From an uncultured Nitrososphaerota archaeon (GTDB taxonomy: Archaea; Thermoproteota; EX4484-205; JAAOZP01), in contig CAYQCW010000001.1 of NCBI GenBank assembly GCA_964416155.1, forward strand, positions 215,211 to 279,210: a stretch of 64,000 bases of DNA. The letters run 5' to 3'. Below, in pieces: positions 48,389-57,293 of the stretch (within the stretch, counting starts at the first letter, position 1; each line of letters begins with the position of its first letter). The position numbers and the translations under genes are program-made. Below the pieces are notes generated by a model. That model was not told where the DNA came from, did not search any database, and saw only the letters and a program-made list of their open reading frames with translations.

Positions 48389-49534
48389 TTATCGAACACG
48401 CGTGTCTACACTGGTCGCAGCGTCAAGCCTTTCAGCCAGAGCCTTAAGGTTCCTCACCGCGTACAGCTTATCCTTCTCACCCATTTTCGCCCTAGACAAA
48501 GCGTCCTCCAGCATTCCTATTACACGATCCATCCGCCTCCTGTTAACAGGATACGGAACCCCATCCTTACCACCGAACGAGAACGAGAACTTAACCGGGT
48601 CACTCCAGCTCGGAGGCGCGTCGAAGACTATTTGGGCAACGAGTGAAAGCGCCCTCAGGGTCCCTGGCCCAACACCCCTGATGCTGAGAAGCTCCTCGTA
48701 GCTGCCTGGTTTAAGCTCGTAGGCTTCGCTTAACGCTCTCCAGTTAACATTCTTCTCGAGCACAACCCTGTAGGCAGGAGGCTCCAAGGCACCCGGGATC
48801 CATTTCAAAATGGTTTCTGAATAAGATTCTCCAACGGTTCTTAAGCATCTTCTGAGCCTCTGGGGAGGCTCGTTGACTATGTCGAGAGAAGCCCGCCTGT
48901 TCTCCCTGCTCCCCCTAGCAGTAAGGTTGAGAACGTTTTCATGCTTTGAGACGCCTATTATTCCGGAGTGCGGCTCCTCTACGAGGCTTGTCAAACCCTC
49001 GCTAAGCCAATGATACCTCCTAGCCCATTTCAGCCGAGTGTTCATACCCTGCTGGACAACAGCCCAGTCGCCCTCCTTGTCGAACATGAAGACGTGATGG
49101 TAAAGCTGGTAACCGGCCTGTATCATGGAGCTGTCAACCTTGGCGCAAATCCTTGAAAGATACGCGAGTCTTCCAGGGTCAGTATCCACCCTCCTACTGT
49201 CAACGATGTTCTCTATCTCGCCAGGCGTCCTACGGGAAGCAGCCCCCTTGCCCCCGCACGCGTAAACCCCCAGATCCCTACTACTCAAGACGGTTTTAAG
49301 AACCCCTGCGGTAACCGTCGTGGAGCCGGAGCTGTCCCAATCATACCCGAGAACGTTCGAGAAGCCTTGAAACCAGAGGGGGTCTGAAACACGTTTTAAA
49401 AGCTCTAGGGTGCTGAACTCCATTACTATCGCTTCAACAATAGCACCCCCTAGGCGAATCATTCTTGAAACCAGCCACTGCGGAGCCTTGCCTCCGTGAA
49501 GGCGAAGATCGAAGAAGCCTTTTCTAGAGGACAC
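48389..49534 (-). CDS. DUF763 family protein (C-terminal HhH)
   Basis: LHGGKAP.WL, SDPLWFQ, DWDSSGSTT, VQQGMN, ARRYHW, GVGP..LRAL and GGKDGVPYPV motifs. Confidence 0.93.
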   Translation of the reverse strand: MSSRKGFFDLRLHGGKAPQWLVSRMIRLGGAIVEAIVMEFSTLELLKRVSDPLWFQGFSNVLGYDWDSSGSTTVTAGVLKTVLSSRDLGVYACGGKGAASRRTPGEIENIVDSRRVDTDPGRLAYLSRICAKVDSSMIQAGYQLYHHVFMFDKEGDWAVVQQGMNTRLKWARRYHWLSEGLTSLVEEPHSGIIGVSKHENVLNLTARGSRENRRASLDIVNEPPQRLRRCLRTVGESYSETILKWIPGALEPPAYRVVLEKNVNWRALSEAYELKPGSYEELLSIRGVGPGTLRALSLVAQIVFDAPPSWSDPVKFSFSFGGKDGVPYPVNRRRMDRVIGMLEDALSRAKMGEKDKLYAVRNLKALAERLDAATSVDTRVR

Positions 49535-49600
49535 TCCTGAACAATGAGTCCCGCCCCAGCCTAAAAACTTTTTACCCCCCTAGAGGCTTTTAAACCAGCC

Positions 49601-50092
49601 ATGTCCAGCGTGAGGCTTGAACACGTTGAGATAAGGCCTCCGGAGGGGGTGCAGATTATAATAGGCCAGTCCCACTTTATTAAAAGCGTTGAAGACCTTT
49701 ACGAGACGATTGCTTCAAGCATGCCCAGGGTCGAGTTTGCAGTCGCCTTCTGCGAGTCAAGCGGGCCTGCCCTCGTAAGATACGAGGGTAGCAGTGAAGA
49801 GCTGGAGAAGCTTGCTGTGGAGTATGCTCTCAAGATTTCAGCCGGACATGTTTTCATAGTTGTTTTAAGAAACGCTTACCCGGTTAACGTTTTAAACAGG
49901 ATTAAGAACGTGGAGGAGGTTGCTACTGTTTTCTGCGCCACGGGGAACCCGGTTGACGTCATCGTAGCTGAAACAACGCTTGGGAGGGGCGTGCTCGGAG
50001 TGGTTGACGGGGTTAAGACGAAGGATGTTGAAAACGAGGAGGATAAGAAGCATAGACGCGAGTTCCTTAGGAGAATAGGCTATAAGAAGTGA
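49601..50092 (+). CDS. Adenosine-specific kinase / DUF355 family protein
   Basis: IGQSHFIKSVEDL, AFCESSG, GH.F, CAT.NP and GVVDG motifs. Confidence 0.93.
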   Translation: MSSVRLEHVEIRPPEGVQIIIGQSHFIKSVEDLYETIASSMPRVEFAVAFCESSGPALVRYEGSSEELEKLAVEYALKISAGHVFIVVLRNAYPVNVLNRIKNVEEVATVFCATGNPVDVIVAETTLGRGVLGVVDGVKTKDVENEEDKKHRREFLRRIGYKK

Positions 50093-50098
50093 GGAAGA

Positions 50099-51079
50099 AT
50101 GGAGCACGTTATAGGTATTGATGGTGGAGGAACCAAGACTCAGGCGGCACTTCTCAGGCTTAACGGGGAAGTGGTTTCTCACGACGAGACTGGCCCGTCT
50201 AACTACCATAATGTTGGAGTGGAGCAGGCTAGAAGAACACTTGAAGAAGCATGCGTGAAAGTAATCCGGAAAGCAGGCGTAGAAGTGGGTAGTGTTAAGA
50301 TCGTCGTCGCGTCCCTCGCGGGGCTTGACTGCAGCCTTGATTTTAAAGCCATGCAGAACGCTGTTGAAGAGTTCCCCATAGGCAGCATAATGCTCGTGCA
50401 CGACTCTATGGCTGCTCTCTACGCTACTAACGCGGGTAGGGAGAGCACGATAATAATAGCTGGAACAGGCTCTGCGACAGCCGGCATAAACAGCAGGGGC
50501 GAGTACGCGAGGGCCGGTGGATGGGGGTATATTCTTGGAGACGAGGGAAGCGGCTTCTACTTGGCTAAAAGAGGAATCGTGGCAGCTCTTCTAGAGTATG
50601 AGGAGAGAGGCCCGGAAACAATGATAACCAGCCTTCTGCTGGAAAGGTTTAACGCGAAGACTCCTGACGAGATAATATGGCATGTGTACACGGGTGGGAT
50701 GAGCATCACGGAGTTCGCTAGGCTGGCTCCCCTCGTGACTGAGGCTGCTCTAAGAGGGGACAGCGTGGCAATAAGCATTCTGCGCGACGCTGGAAGAGAG
50801 CTTGCCAACACTGTCAGCGGAGTCATAAGGAGGCTTAAAATGGAAGAAGACGAGTTCCCAATAGGGTTGATCGGTGGAGTCTTCAAAGCCGGCAGGCTTG
50901 TAACCGGGCCTCTGGAGGAGGCGGTGCACAAGGTTGCTCCGAAAGCCTACTTGACCTCGCCCAGGTTCCCGCCGGTAATAGGCTCATCCCTGATAGCGCT
51001 GGAGAAAGCAGGCGTGAAGATAAGCGACGAGGTTCTCGCCAACACTCAGAGAACCCTGAGACTTGCTGGAGTGGTTTAA
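50099..51079 (+). CDS. BadF/BcrAD-type N-acetylglucosamine/N-acetylmuramate kinase-like protein
   Basis: GIDGGGTKT, GPSN, AGTGS and GGWGYILGDEGSG motifs. Confidence 0.88.
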   Translation: MEHVIGIDGGGTKTQAALLRLNGEVVSHDETGPSNYHNVGVEQARRTLEEACVKVIRKAGVEVGSVKIVVASLAGLDCSLDFKAMQNAVEEFPIGSIMLVHDSMAALYATNAGRESTIIIAGTGSATAGINSRGEYARAGGWGYILGDEGSGFYLAKRGIVAALLEYEERGPETMITSLLLERFNAKTPDEIIWHVYTGGMSITEFARLAPLVTEAALRGDSVAISILRDAGRELANTVSGVIRRLKMEEDEFPIGLIGGVFKAGRLVTGPLEEAVHKVAPKAYLTSPRFPPVIGSSLIALEKAGVKISDEVLANTQRTLRLAGVV

Positions 51080-51107
51080 ACGTGTTGAAACATTTTCCGA
51101 ACCATTA

Positions 51108-51986
51108 TCACGCTTCCTTAAGCTTAATCTTTGCGAGGCTGGTTAGAATCTCGAACAGCGCATCGTTTATCTCGCTTATCGTCTGACACTCAAGAATATA
51201 CACGTCATAGGTCTTATAGTAGTCGAAAAGAGTCCTCGCCCTGTCTGAGAGGCTTGGGACAACAAGCAGCAGCTTCTTATCAGCCTTAACATCCATAGCC
51301 TTGAGAACTATCGAGAGAGCAGACTCGTCAACAGGACTACTGCTCACAATAATGTCTATCACCGCGTCCACGGTATCCGAATCCTCCCGGTAGGAGACAG
51401 CTAGAGTGAAAACGTGTTCAACACCAGACCTGCCGATTATTCTCGCAGGGTAGTCGACCCTCCAGCCCTTAGTCCTAAGAGCCTCCACGAGAGGCTTAAG
51501 ATCCATAACCCATTTCTCAACCAGGCTCCTCTTATCCTCGTTAAGCCTGTAAGAATATATTTTCTTCGGCACCCCTTCACCCTCGTGGAAAACATGCTTC
51601 TCAGCCAAGCAGATAAGCCTCCTGCCGAGCAGGTTGCTCACGAGGCTTTCAATCACCTTAGCCCTCGCCTCAGGCGACGCGGTCTGTGTGCCGGAGAGGT
51701 CTACGAGAAACCGGATGTCGCCGCAGTAGGGACAGGCCAGCACCGTTGTCGACTCCTCCCTAACCAGTATCTCCTCGTCAGCCAAGGATTTAAGAGCCTC
51801 CTTAACACTCTTGGTGGAGGAGCCCATTATTTTTTCAGCCTCAGGATAGATGAACTCGCCAGCCTGGTTCAGCTCAGGCTTAAGCTCGGAGAGAACACCG
51901 TCTATCAGAGCCTTAAGTAGCACTTGAACATCACTCCTGTTGAGAAGCGGCGAGAACGATGCTTCCTCGCTGGACTTTTCACCCAT
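51108..51986 (-). CDS. TackOD1-like domain protein with C-terminal restriction-endonuclease-like domain
   Basis: YP....G...L..L...IL.R...CPYCG N-terminal part; GRSGVEH.F C-terminal REase-like motif. Confidence 0.65.
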   Translation of the reverse strand: MGEKSSEEASFSPLLNRSDVQVLLKALIDGVLSELKPELNQAGEFIYPEAEKIMGSSTKSVKEALKSLADEEILVREESTTVLACPYCGDIRFLVDLSGTQTASPEARAKVIESLVSNLLGRRLICLAEKHVFHEGEGVPKKIYSYRLNEDKRSLVEKWVMDLKPLVEALRTKGWRVDYPARIIGRSGVEHVFTLAVSYREDSDTVDAVIDIIVSSSPVDESALSIVLKAMDVKADKKLLLVVPSLSDRARTLFDYYKTYDVYILECQTISEINDALFEILTSLAKIKLKEA

Positions 51987-52156
51987 ATTCCGGTCTTCTC
52001 CTCTACATACTTACTTTTAAACAGAATAGTTAAATTTTGCTTACGTAAAAGCATCGTGAAAAAGCCTTTAAAAACTTGTTTTTAAGAAGTTTTAGCCCTG
52101 ATTCGCCGCCAATCTTGAAAAAGATATATTCCCAACCCCGCGAATGGACGCACAGT

Positions 52157-52735
52157 ATGAGAGTAAAGGCTTCTAAGAAAGCCATAAGGGCACTGGGGGT
52201 GGCTGAAAGCTTCCGAAAAAGCTCGGCTAAGGCTTTTCTAGCCGGAGTAGTCATGCGCAGCGACTTCATAATAGACGGTTTCGCAGTAAACCGTACAACG
52301 GTCTCCGGCGACGACGCTACCGACTCAATCATAGCTCTCTACAGCTCTCTGAGCAGGAAGGACATCAACCTGATAATGATTGGGGGGGCAGTCATAAGCA
52401 TGTATAACATTGTCGACGTTAACAGGGTTTTCGAGGAAACGGGGAGGCCTGTTGTCGCAGTAACCTACAGACCATCTGAAGGGATTGAGGATGCTATTAA
52501 GAAGCATTTCCCGGATAACTGGGAGAGCAAGCTTGAATCCTACAGGAGGCTGGGCCCCAGGAGGGAAGTCACGTTGAAAAACGGTTTTAAAGTATTCGTT
52601 AGAAACATCGGCATAGACGATTATGATTCGAAACTTGTTTTAAACAGGTTCACGTTTTTCGGAAGAATCCCTGAGCCGATTCGCGTAGCAAGGCTTCTAG
52701 CTAGAAGCCTTTTACCCTTGGAGGATAGGCTTTAG
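52157..52735 (+). CDS. DUF99 family (endonuclease V-like) protein
   Basis: LGVAESF, GVVMR, IDG, GDDAT, YNIVD and PEP.RVA motifs; start set at ATG 52157. Confidence 0.9.
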   Translation: MRVKASKKAIRALGVAESFRKSSAKAFLAGVVMRSDFIIDGFAVNRTTVSGDDATDSIIALYSSLSRKDINLIMIGGAVISMYNIVDVNRVFEETGRPVVAVTYRPSEGIEDAIKKHFPDNWESKLESYRRLGPRREVTLKNGFKVFVRNIGIDDYDSKLVLNRFTFFGRIPEPIRVARLLARSLLPLEDRL

Positions 52736-52829
52736 AATTCTGTTGAAACAACTTTAAACACTGGGTTAACGTTTTTCCGAACCCCCGTGAGTAAAAATAT
52801 AAAAACCATCGTTTTTCCAAGAAACCCTT

Positions 52830-53126
52830 ATGATCAGGGCGGGGGCTCTCCGGGGAATAGTTGAGGGACCCAAGCTTGGAATGAAGAGCTTCAACACCAG
52901 TATCTAGCCAGGTTTGAAGGGACCTCCGACAGGCAGGAGGCTCTAGGCGCCTTCTCGGAAGGAAAGTAGTATGCTCCGTGGGAAAAGGAGAGAAGATCTT
53001 CGAAGGATTACTGGACTGCACGGCGGGAAAGTAACTGTCAGAGTTAGGTTTAGAAGAGGGCTTCCTGAGCCTTCAAACAGTCCGTCCCTATTTCTAATAG
53101 AATCGAAACGCCGATTTAAAACCTAG
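52830..53126 (+). pseudogene. rpl35Ae: Ribosomal protein L35Ae pseudogene (three -1 frameshifts)
   Basis: Stitched translation MIRAGALRGIVEGPKLGMK / ELQHQYLARFEGTSDRQEA / SRRLLGRKVVCSVGKGEKIFEG / ITGLHGGKVTVRVRFRRGLP matches the L35Ae pattern (EA..L.GR.V, G.I...HG....R.RF..GLP). Confidence 0.8.
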
Positions 53127-53242
53127 GGATCCAGAGGCTAATCAGAATGAGGCTCCATCAAAATCCGAGGGAAAGCCGTTTAGCCTTTCTCCAAGCGTTC
53201 GAGAAAAATGGATGAACACTGCCCACAGCCTACCGTTTGGGC

Positions 53243-53908
53243 TTAAAAACTCCTTAAAGGAACCGTTAGGCTTAACAGACCGTTTACAGCAGAAACGTAG
53301 AACTCTGGGTCAACCTCTGAGACAAGGTCTCCCGCAACGTCAATAACGTAAACCGTGTGAAGCCTCGAGTTCTTTATCTCCTCAAGGCTGACCGGCGGAT
53401 TCTTATAGTACAGGTCGCACAGGCTCTTTATCTCATTGATTTCCTCGATTCTCCTAAACCTCGGGGGCTTGGCTAGGGGCGGGGGTATTTGAAGAACATA
53501 GTAGGGCGGTATGCCTAGGCCAAACTTGTCGACTAGAACACTGTACCTGGTTATCTTGCTGGCAACCCTAGCCCTGCAATAGAGCTCCGGGTCAAGAGCG
53601 TTCTCAGGCGGCACAAAGCCTGTTTCAACCTCGACAGCCAGCGTCCCATGCCCCCTGACAGCGTAAACATCGCAGACAAGCCCGCCTCCCAGATCATGCT
53701 CAACATCAACCTCGTAGCCTTTAAGCATGAGGTGTTTAGCGCAGACGAGCCCCATCACAGAGTGGTTTATCTTGACGAGCCCCTTCTGGCTGAGCTCGAT
53801 AAGCCTGTTCTTCAGGTTTTCAAGCCTACTCCTAATATCCTGGTCCACGTTCCTCCCGATCCTGTTAACCAGGGTTTCAACGTCTTCCTCAAACTTGTTT
53901 CCGGTCAA
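53243..53908 (-). CDS. Conserved archaeal PD-(D/E)XK-like nuclease-fold protein
   Basis: KINHSVM, GYEVDVEH, CDVYA...EVETG and KITRYS motifs. Confidence 0.8.
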   Translation of the reverse strand: MTGNKFEEDVETLVNRIGRNVDQDIRSRLENLKNRLIELSQKGLVKINHSVMGLVCAKHLMLKGYEVDVEHDLGGGLVCDVYAVRGHGTLAVEVETGFVPPENALDPELYCRARVASKITRYSVLVDKFGLGIPPYYVLQIPPPLAKPPRFRRIEEINEIKSLCDLYYKNPPVSLEEIKNSRLHTVYVIDVAGDLVSEVDPEFYVSAVNGLLSLTVPLRSF

Positions 53909-54029
53909 TTCTTCTTTTCAACCTGCTGTCCACGGCTTTTAAAACATTCGGACGGAATCCAGATTTTTAGAGCAGTAACTACAGAAGAGCTTGCGAAACC
54001 CTTTTCTATTTTCGAAAACTTTTTTACTT

Positions 54030-54203
54030 AAGCCCGGCGTGGGGAGTAGGCTTGGGCGGGAAGCGGCTGCAAAGCCGATCCCGGTAGCAGCCTCTCATCG
54101 GGTTGCTGGGAGACAACATCAAACAGTAGCTTGGTGGAAGACTGCAGCTGGGAGGAGCAGAGCAGTTGTAGCTCGTTCAGGCTTAGACCCGCTAACCGGG
54201 CTT
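54030..54203 (+). ncRNA. Candidate structured ncRNA (four hairpins closed by a long stem)
   Basis: Terminal 8-bp stem, 14-bp closing helix and four internal hairpins (one with a GCAA tetraloop); every non-Watson-Crick pair is G-U on the + strand; followed by a T-tract. Confidence 0.5.
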
Positions 54204-54213
54204 TCTTTTTTTT
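54202..54213 (+). terminator. Oligo-T archaeal terminator candidate
   Basis: TTTCTTTTTTTT immediately after the terminal stem of the ncRNA candidate. Confidence 0.45.
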
Positions 54214-54231
54214 AGGGAAAACAGATTTTTC

Positions 54232-55053
54232 TTAAAAAGGGGATATGCCCTTAGGCAGACTAGTCATCTCACAATACTGGAAAACTGGGCCGTCTAGACA
54301 CACGTGTTTACCCCCGAAATGACAGTGCCCACACTTCCCGATTCCACACCTCATCCTGCTTTCGAGAGAGGCGTAAATATTCTCCTTCGAGTAGCCCAGT
54401 TCAACAAGCCTCCTTAAGACGAATCTTATCATTGCAGGCGGGCCGCAGGTGCAGACTATTGCACCCGCCTTGTCGAGAACAGGATTTCCAAGTATTGTCG
54501 TGACAACCCCGACATTACCCTTCCAACCATCCTCGCCAACGTCGACAGTCAGGTGGAGCTTCACACCGCGGCCAGCCCACTCGACGAGCTCATCCCTGTA
54601 CATTAGCAGCGAGGGTGTTCTCGCACCGTAGCAAACAGCTATCTCACCGTAGTTCTCCCTCCCCCCGAGCAGGTGGAGAACAAGCGATCTTAAGGGTGCG
54701 AGACCTATTCCGCCACCAACTATGAGAATATCTCTACCCCTCATCCTGTCAACCGGCCACCCCCGGCCATAGGGCCCCCTTACGCCGACCTGGTCTCCAA
54801 CACTGGCCTCGTGAAAAACCCTAGTTACACGCCCCATCCTCCTGATGCTGAACTGTAAGCAATCCTTGTCAAAGGGGGAGGAGCATATTGAGAAGGGGGC
54901 TTCGCCGACCCCGTAGACGGTGAGCATCGCGAACTGGCCTGGCGTGAAGCCTTCGAAACAGTTTGGGCTCAGCGTGAACGTCTTGGTGTCAGGAGTCTCG
55001 TCTTTAACACCGACTATCCTAGCTGGCTTCGGAACATACGGGTTCAACCCCAT
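54232..55053 (-). CDS. flxA: FlxA/AsrB-like FAD/NAD-binding subunit with [2Fe-2S]
   Basis: PGQF, GEAPFSI, RGPYG, GGGIGLAP, CGPP and RMRCGIGKCGHC...VCLDGPVF motifs. Confidence 0.88.
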   Translation of the reverse strand: MGLNPYVPKPARIVGVKDETPDTKTFTLSPNCFEGFTPGQFAMLTVYGVGEAPFSICSSPFDKDCLQFSIRRMGRVTRVFHEASVGDQVGVRGPYGRGWPVDRMRGRDILIVGGGIGLAPLRSLVLHLLGGRENYGEIAVCYGARTPSLLMYRDELVEWAGRGVKLHLTVDVGEDGWKGNVGVVTTILGNPVLDKAGAIVCTCGPPAMIRFVLRRLVELGYSKENIYASLESRMRCGIGKCGHCHFGGKHVCLDGPVFQYCEMTSLPKGISPF

Positions 55054-56051
55054 CTTTTTAAAACCTCCCTTATGTCTACGCTGGCCGGGCATAGGGAGAC
55101 GCATCTACCGCACCCGACGCAGCCGTAAGAGTTGAAAGCCATCGGGATCCTGGTGAGCTTATGGCAGAACCTGTGGCAGAACCTGTCGACCCTGCTTACC
55201 CTAGGGTCTAGGCCGCTCGCCATCCTCGTGAACAATGGCGAGGCACAGGTGTCCCACCCCTTCGCCCTCACGTAAACATTCTTCTCAAAATAATCCTCTG
55301 TGTCGAAACAGTAGCACACAGGGCAGGCGAAGGAGCAGAGACTGCACTCCACACATCTCTGAGCCGCCTGCTGGAAGAAGCCTTCGTCAAGCGTCTCCTC
55401 AAGCCTAATCAGGCGCTCCCTAGCTATTTCAATCCTGCTTTTCATCCCCCCCGTCAACCTGCATGTTAGTTCCCCATACTCCTCCACATGCTCAGCGCCA
55501 GCTTTCTCGAAAAGGCTTGCGAAACCGTCTGCGAGAACCCGGCCCCTGCTGCTTCTGACTTCAACAAGGAGCCCCCCGGTTATACGCGTAAGGGTAATGT
55601 CTTCACCGGAGCCCCTGACAGGGCCTGCTTCAAAAACATTGCAGAAACATTCCTCCCTAGGCTTGGCGCAGGAGAGGCTTACAACAGTTATGCTTCTCCT
55701 CCTAGACTCGTAGAAGAGATCCTGGTTCGGAGGTTTTAACAGTATACTGTCCAAGATGCTTAGGGCTGATGCGTCGCAAGGCCTAACGCCCAGGAGAACA
55801 GCCTCTAAGCCTCGCACAGGCTCATTTAGAGCCCCCGTCCTAGCATCATGTTTGAAAACCACTTCCCTTTGCGGGAGGAAGAAACGTTTTGAGGAGAGCC
55901 TCGTGTTAGAGTAATCCCAGGAGGCTTCTCCGGCATGCTTAATAGTTTTAAATTCGAAGTAGCCGTCTGTCTCAACAGGCGCGATAACGTTTATATTTGA
56001 AACAAGCTGCTCGAGGAGACGTTTAAAACCATCTTCACTCAGGAATAGCAT
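55044..56051 (-). CDS. flxB: FlxB/AsrA-like 4Fe-4S protein
   Basis: GVRPCD, CFC, CVECSLCSFACPVCYCFD and CVGCGRCVSLCP motifs. Confidence 0.85.
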   Translation of the reverse strand: MLFLSEDGFKRLLEQLVSNINVIAPVETDGYFEFKTIKHAGEASWDYSNTRLSSKRFFLPQREVVFKHDARTGALNEPVRGLEAVLLGVRPCDASALSILDSILLKPPNQDLFYESRRRSITVVSLSCAKPREECFCNVFEAGPVRGSGEDITLTRITGGLLVEVRSSRGRVLADGFASLFEKAGAEHVEEYGELTCRLTGGMKSRIEIARERLIRLEETLDEGFFQQAAQRCVECSLCSFACPVCYCFDTEDYFEKNVYVRAKGWDTCASPLFTRMASGLDPRVSRVDRFCHRFCHKLTRIPMAFNSYGCVGCGRCVSLCPASVDIREVLKRWG

Positions 56052-56056
56052 GCGGC

Positions 56057-56881
56057 TCAGTCTTCCCCACCCTCCTTAAAGACGAGTGGCGGAGGAGCCT
56101 CGCTAATGCTCCTACCCGGAGCATAGCCGTAGTTCTCCCTGAACCATTCGTTAAGCTCACGGTAGAGCTTGGTTAACGGGATTTCAACCGGGCAGGCTGA
56201 TTCGCAGGCGCCGCACTCGACACAGCGCCCAGCCATGTGGAGAGCCCGGGTAAGGTGGAAAGTGAAAAGCTCCTGTGGAACCCTAAGCCTGTGAACCAGA
56301 TCCGGCTTAAACCCTTCTATGGAGCACTCTGTGCAGTAGCAGAGGGGGCATACTTTGACGCACGCCATGCATTTCAAGCATTTTCTGAAAAGGCTCAGCC
56401 AGTCGGAATCATTCTCTCCGGCAAACGGGTTTTCAACCTGAGGAGCCTGCCCGCCTGGTTTCACAAGATAGTCTGCAACAGGTGAAACCCGTGTAACGCA
56501 CCTCCTACAGTAGTCCGCCAAGCGCCTCTCAGCACTGGTTGACCCGTATTTAAACGGTTTGAAAACACCGTTGCACTCCACAGCTATCACAACGATGCTC
56601 CCCCTGTCAACCTGGTTCTCCTTCACAAGCTCCACGATGGTTCTTCCGTCGCAACCCTTGGCGACGATCCCGACCCTCCTGCTCCTTAGGCTCCTCAAGT
56701 ATGTCGCAAGGTTAAACCAGCAGTCAGCGTTCCACACAAGCCTCTTAGCCTCCTCAGGCTTTAAGACGAAGCATGGCCTAACGCTTTTCCCGTAATACTC
56801 GTAGCCCACTACAAGCTCAACATCCTTCTTCTCGAGCAGTTTTCTAGCGATGCTTCTCAACTCTTCCTCAGTCCTGCTCAA
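56057..56881 (-). CDS. flxC: FlxC/FdhB-like 4Fe-4S protein
   Basis: KGCDGR, CLKCMACVKVCPLCYC and HLTRALHMAGRCVECGACESACP motifs. Confidence 0.85.
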   Translation of the reverse strand: MSRTEEELRSIARKLLEKKDVELVVGYEYYGKSVRPCFVLKPEEAKRLVWNADCWFNLATYLRSLRSRRVGIVAKGCDGRTIVELVKENQVDRGSIVVIAVECNGVFKPFKYGSTSAERRLADYCRRCVTRVSPVADYLVKPGGQAPQVENPFAGENDSDWLSLFRKCLKCMACVKVCPLCYCTECSIEGFKPDLVHRLRVPQELFTFHLTRALHMAGRCVECGACESACPVEIPLTKLYRELNEWFRENYGYAPGRSISEAPPPLVFKEGGED

Positions 56882-57290
56882 CCATACTCCCCCCTATGTT
56901 CAAGGGGCCCAGCCTCTCAACCTCCCCGAGTATTCTTGAAACCTCCCTGTAGAAGAGGCCCCCCTCGTTAGACGAGAGCCAGAGTATTCTCAGCCTATCC
57001 TCGTCAACCCCGATCGTCTTCAAAAGCCTCCTGAGAAGGCTTACCCTAGCCTCCGTAACCCTGCTGGGCGCAACCCTTCTAAGCTCGCTCGGCCTGCATG
57101 CTGTGACCAAGACGGCGTCAGCACCCTTCTCGAAAGCCTTTAGGATGAGGCTAGGGTTGATTACCGCGGAGCAGGGCACCCTGACTGTTAAAAAGTTAGG
57201 AGGATAGGTGAAGCCTTCGAAGCCAGCCTGGTCGACACCGGAGCTGGAGCACCAGCATGTGAACACTATTACCTTAGGCTTCCACGACAA
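56868..57290 (-). CDS. mvhD: MvhD/FlxD-like subunit (divergent)
   Basis: WKPKVIVFTCWC, YPPN...VRVPCS, AFEKGAD.V and RLRILW.S..E motifs. Confidence 0.85.
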   Translation of the reverse strand: MSWKPKVIVFTCWCSSSGVDQAGFEGFTYPPNFLTVRVPCSAVINPSLILKAFEKGADAVLVTACRPSELRRVAPSRVTEARVSLLRRLLKTIGVDEDRLRILWLSSNEGGLFYREVSRILGEVERLGPLNIGGSMVEQD

Positions 57291-57293
57291 CCC

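Noticed and set aside
52830-53100. Possible SRP RNA, RNase P RNA or large ncRNA in the purine-rich gap
   Set aside because: No SRP helix-8 or RNase P CR-I/CR-V consensus; the region is explained better as a frameshifted L35Ae gene.
54030-54203. Identification of the RNA candidate as tRNA (including tRNA-Sec), cobalamin riboswitch or RNase P RNA
   Set aside because: No T-psi-C arm on either strand; the TCA-containing loop lacks U33 and purine 37; only a partial GGGAA/T-loop resemblance with no B12 box or downstream gene; no GAGGAAAGU or ACAGAA.
53991-54215. 74-aa ORF on +
   Set aside because: TTG start running through T-rich promoter-like sequence, with no recognisable protein features.
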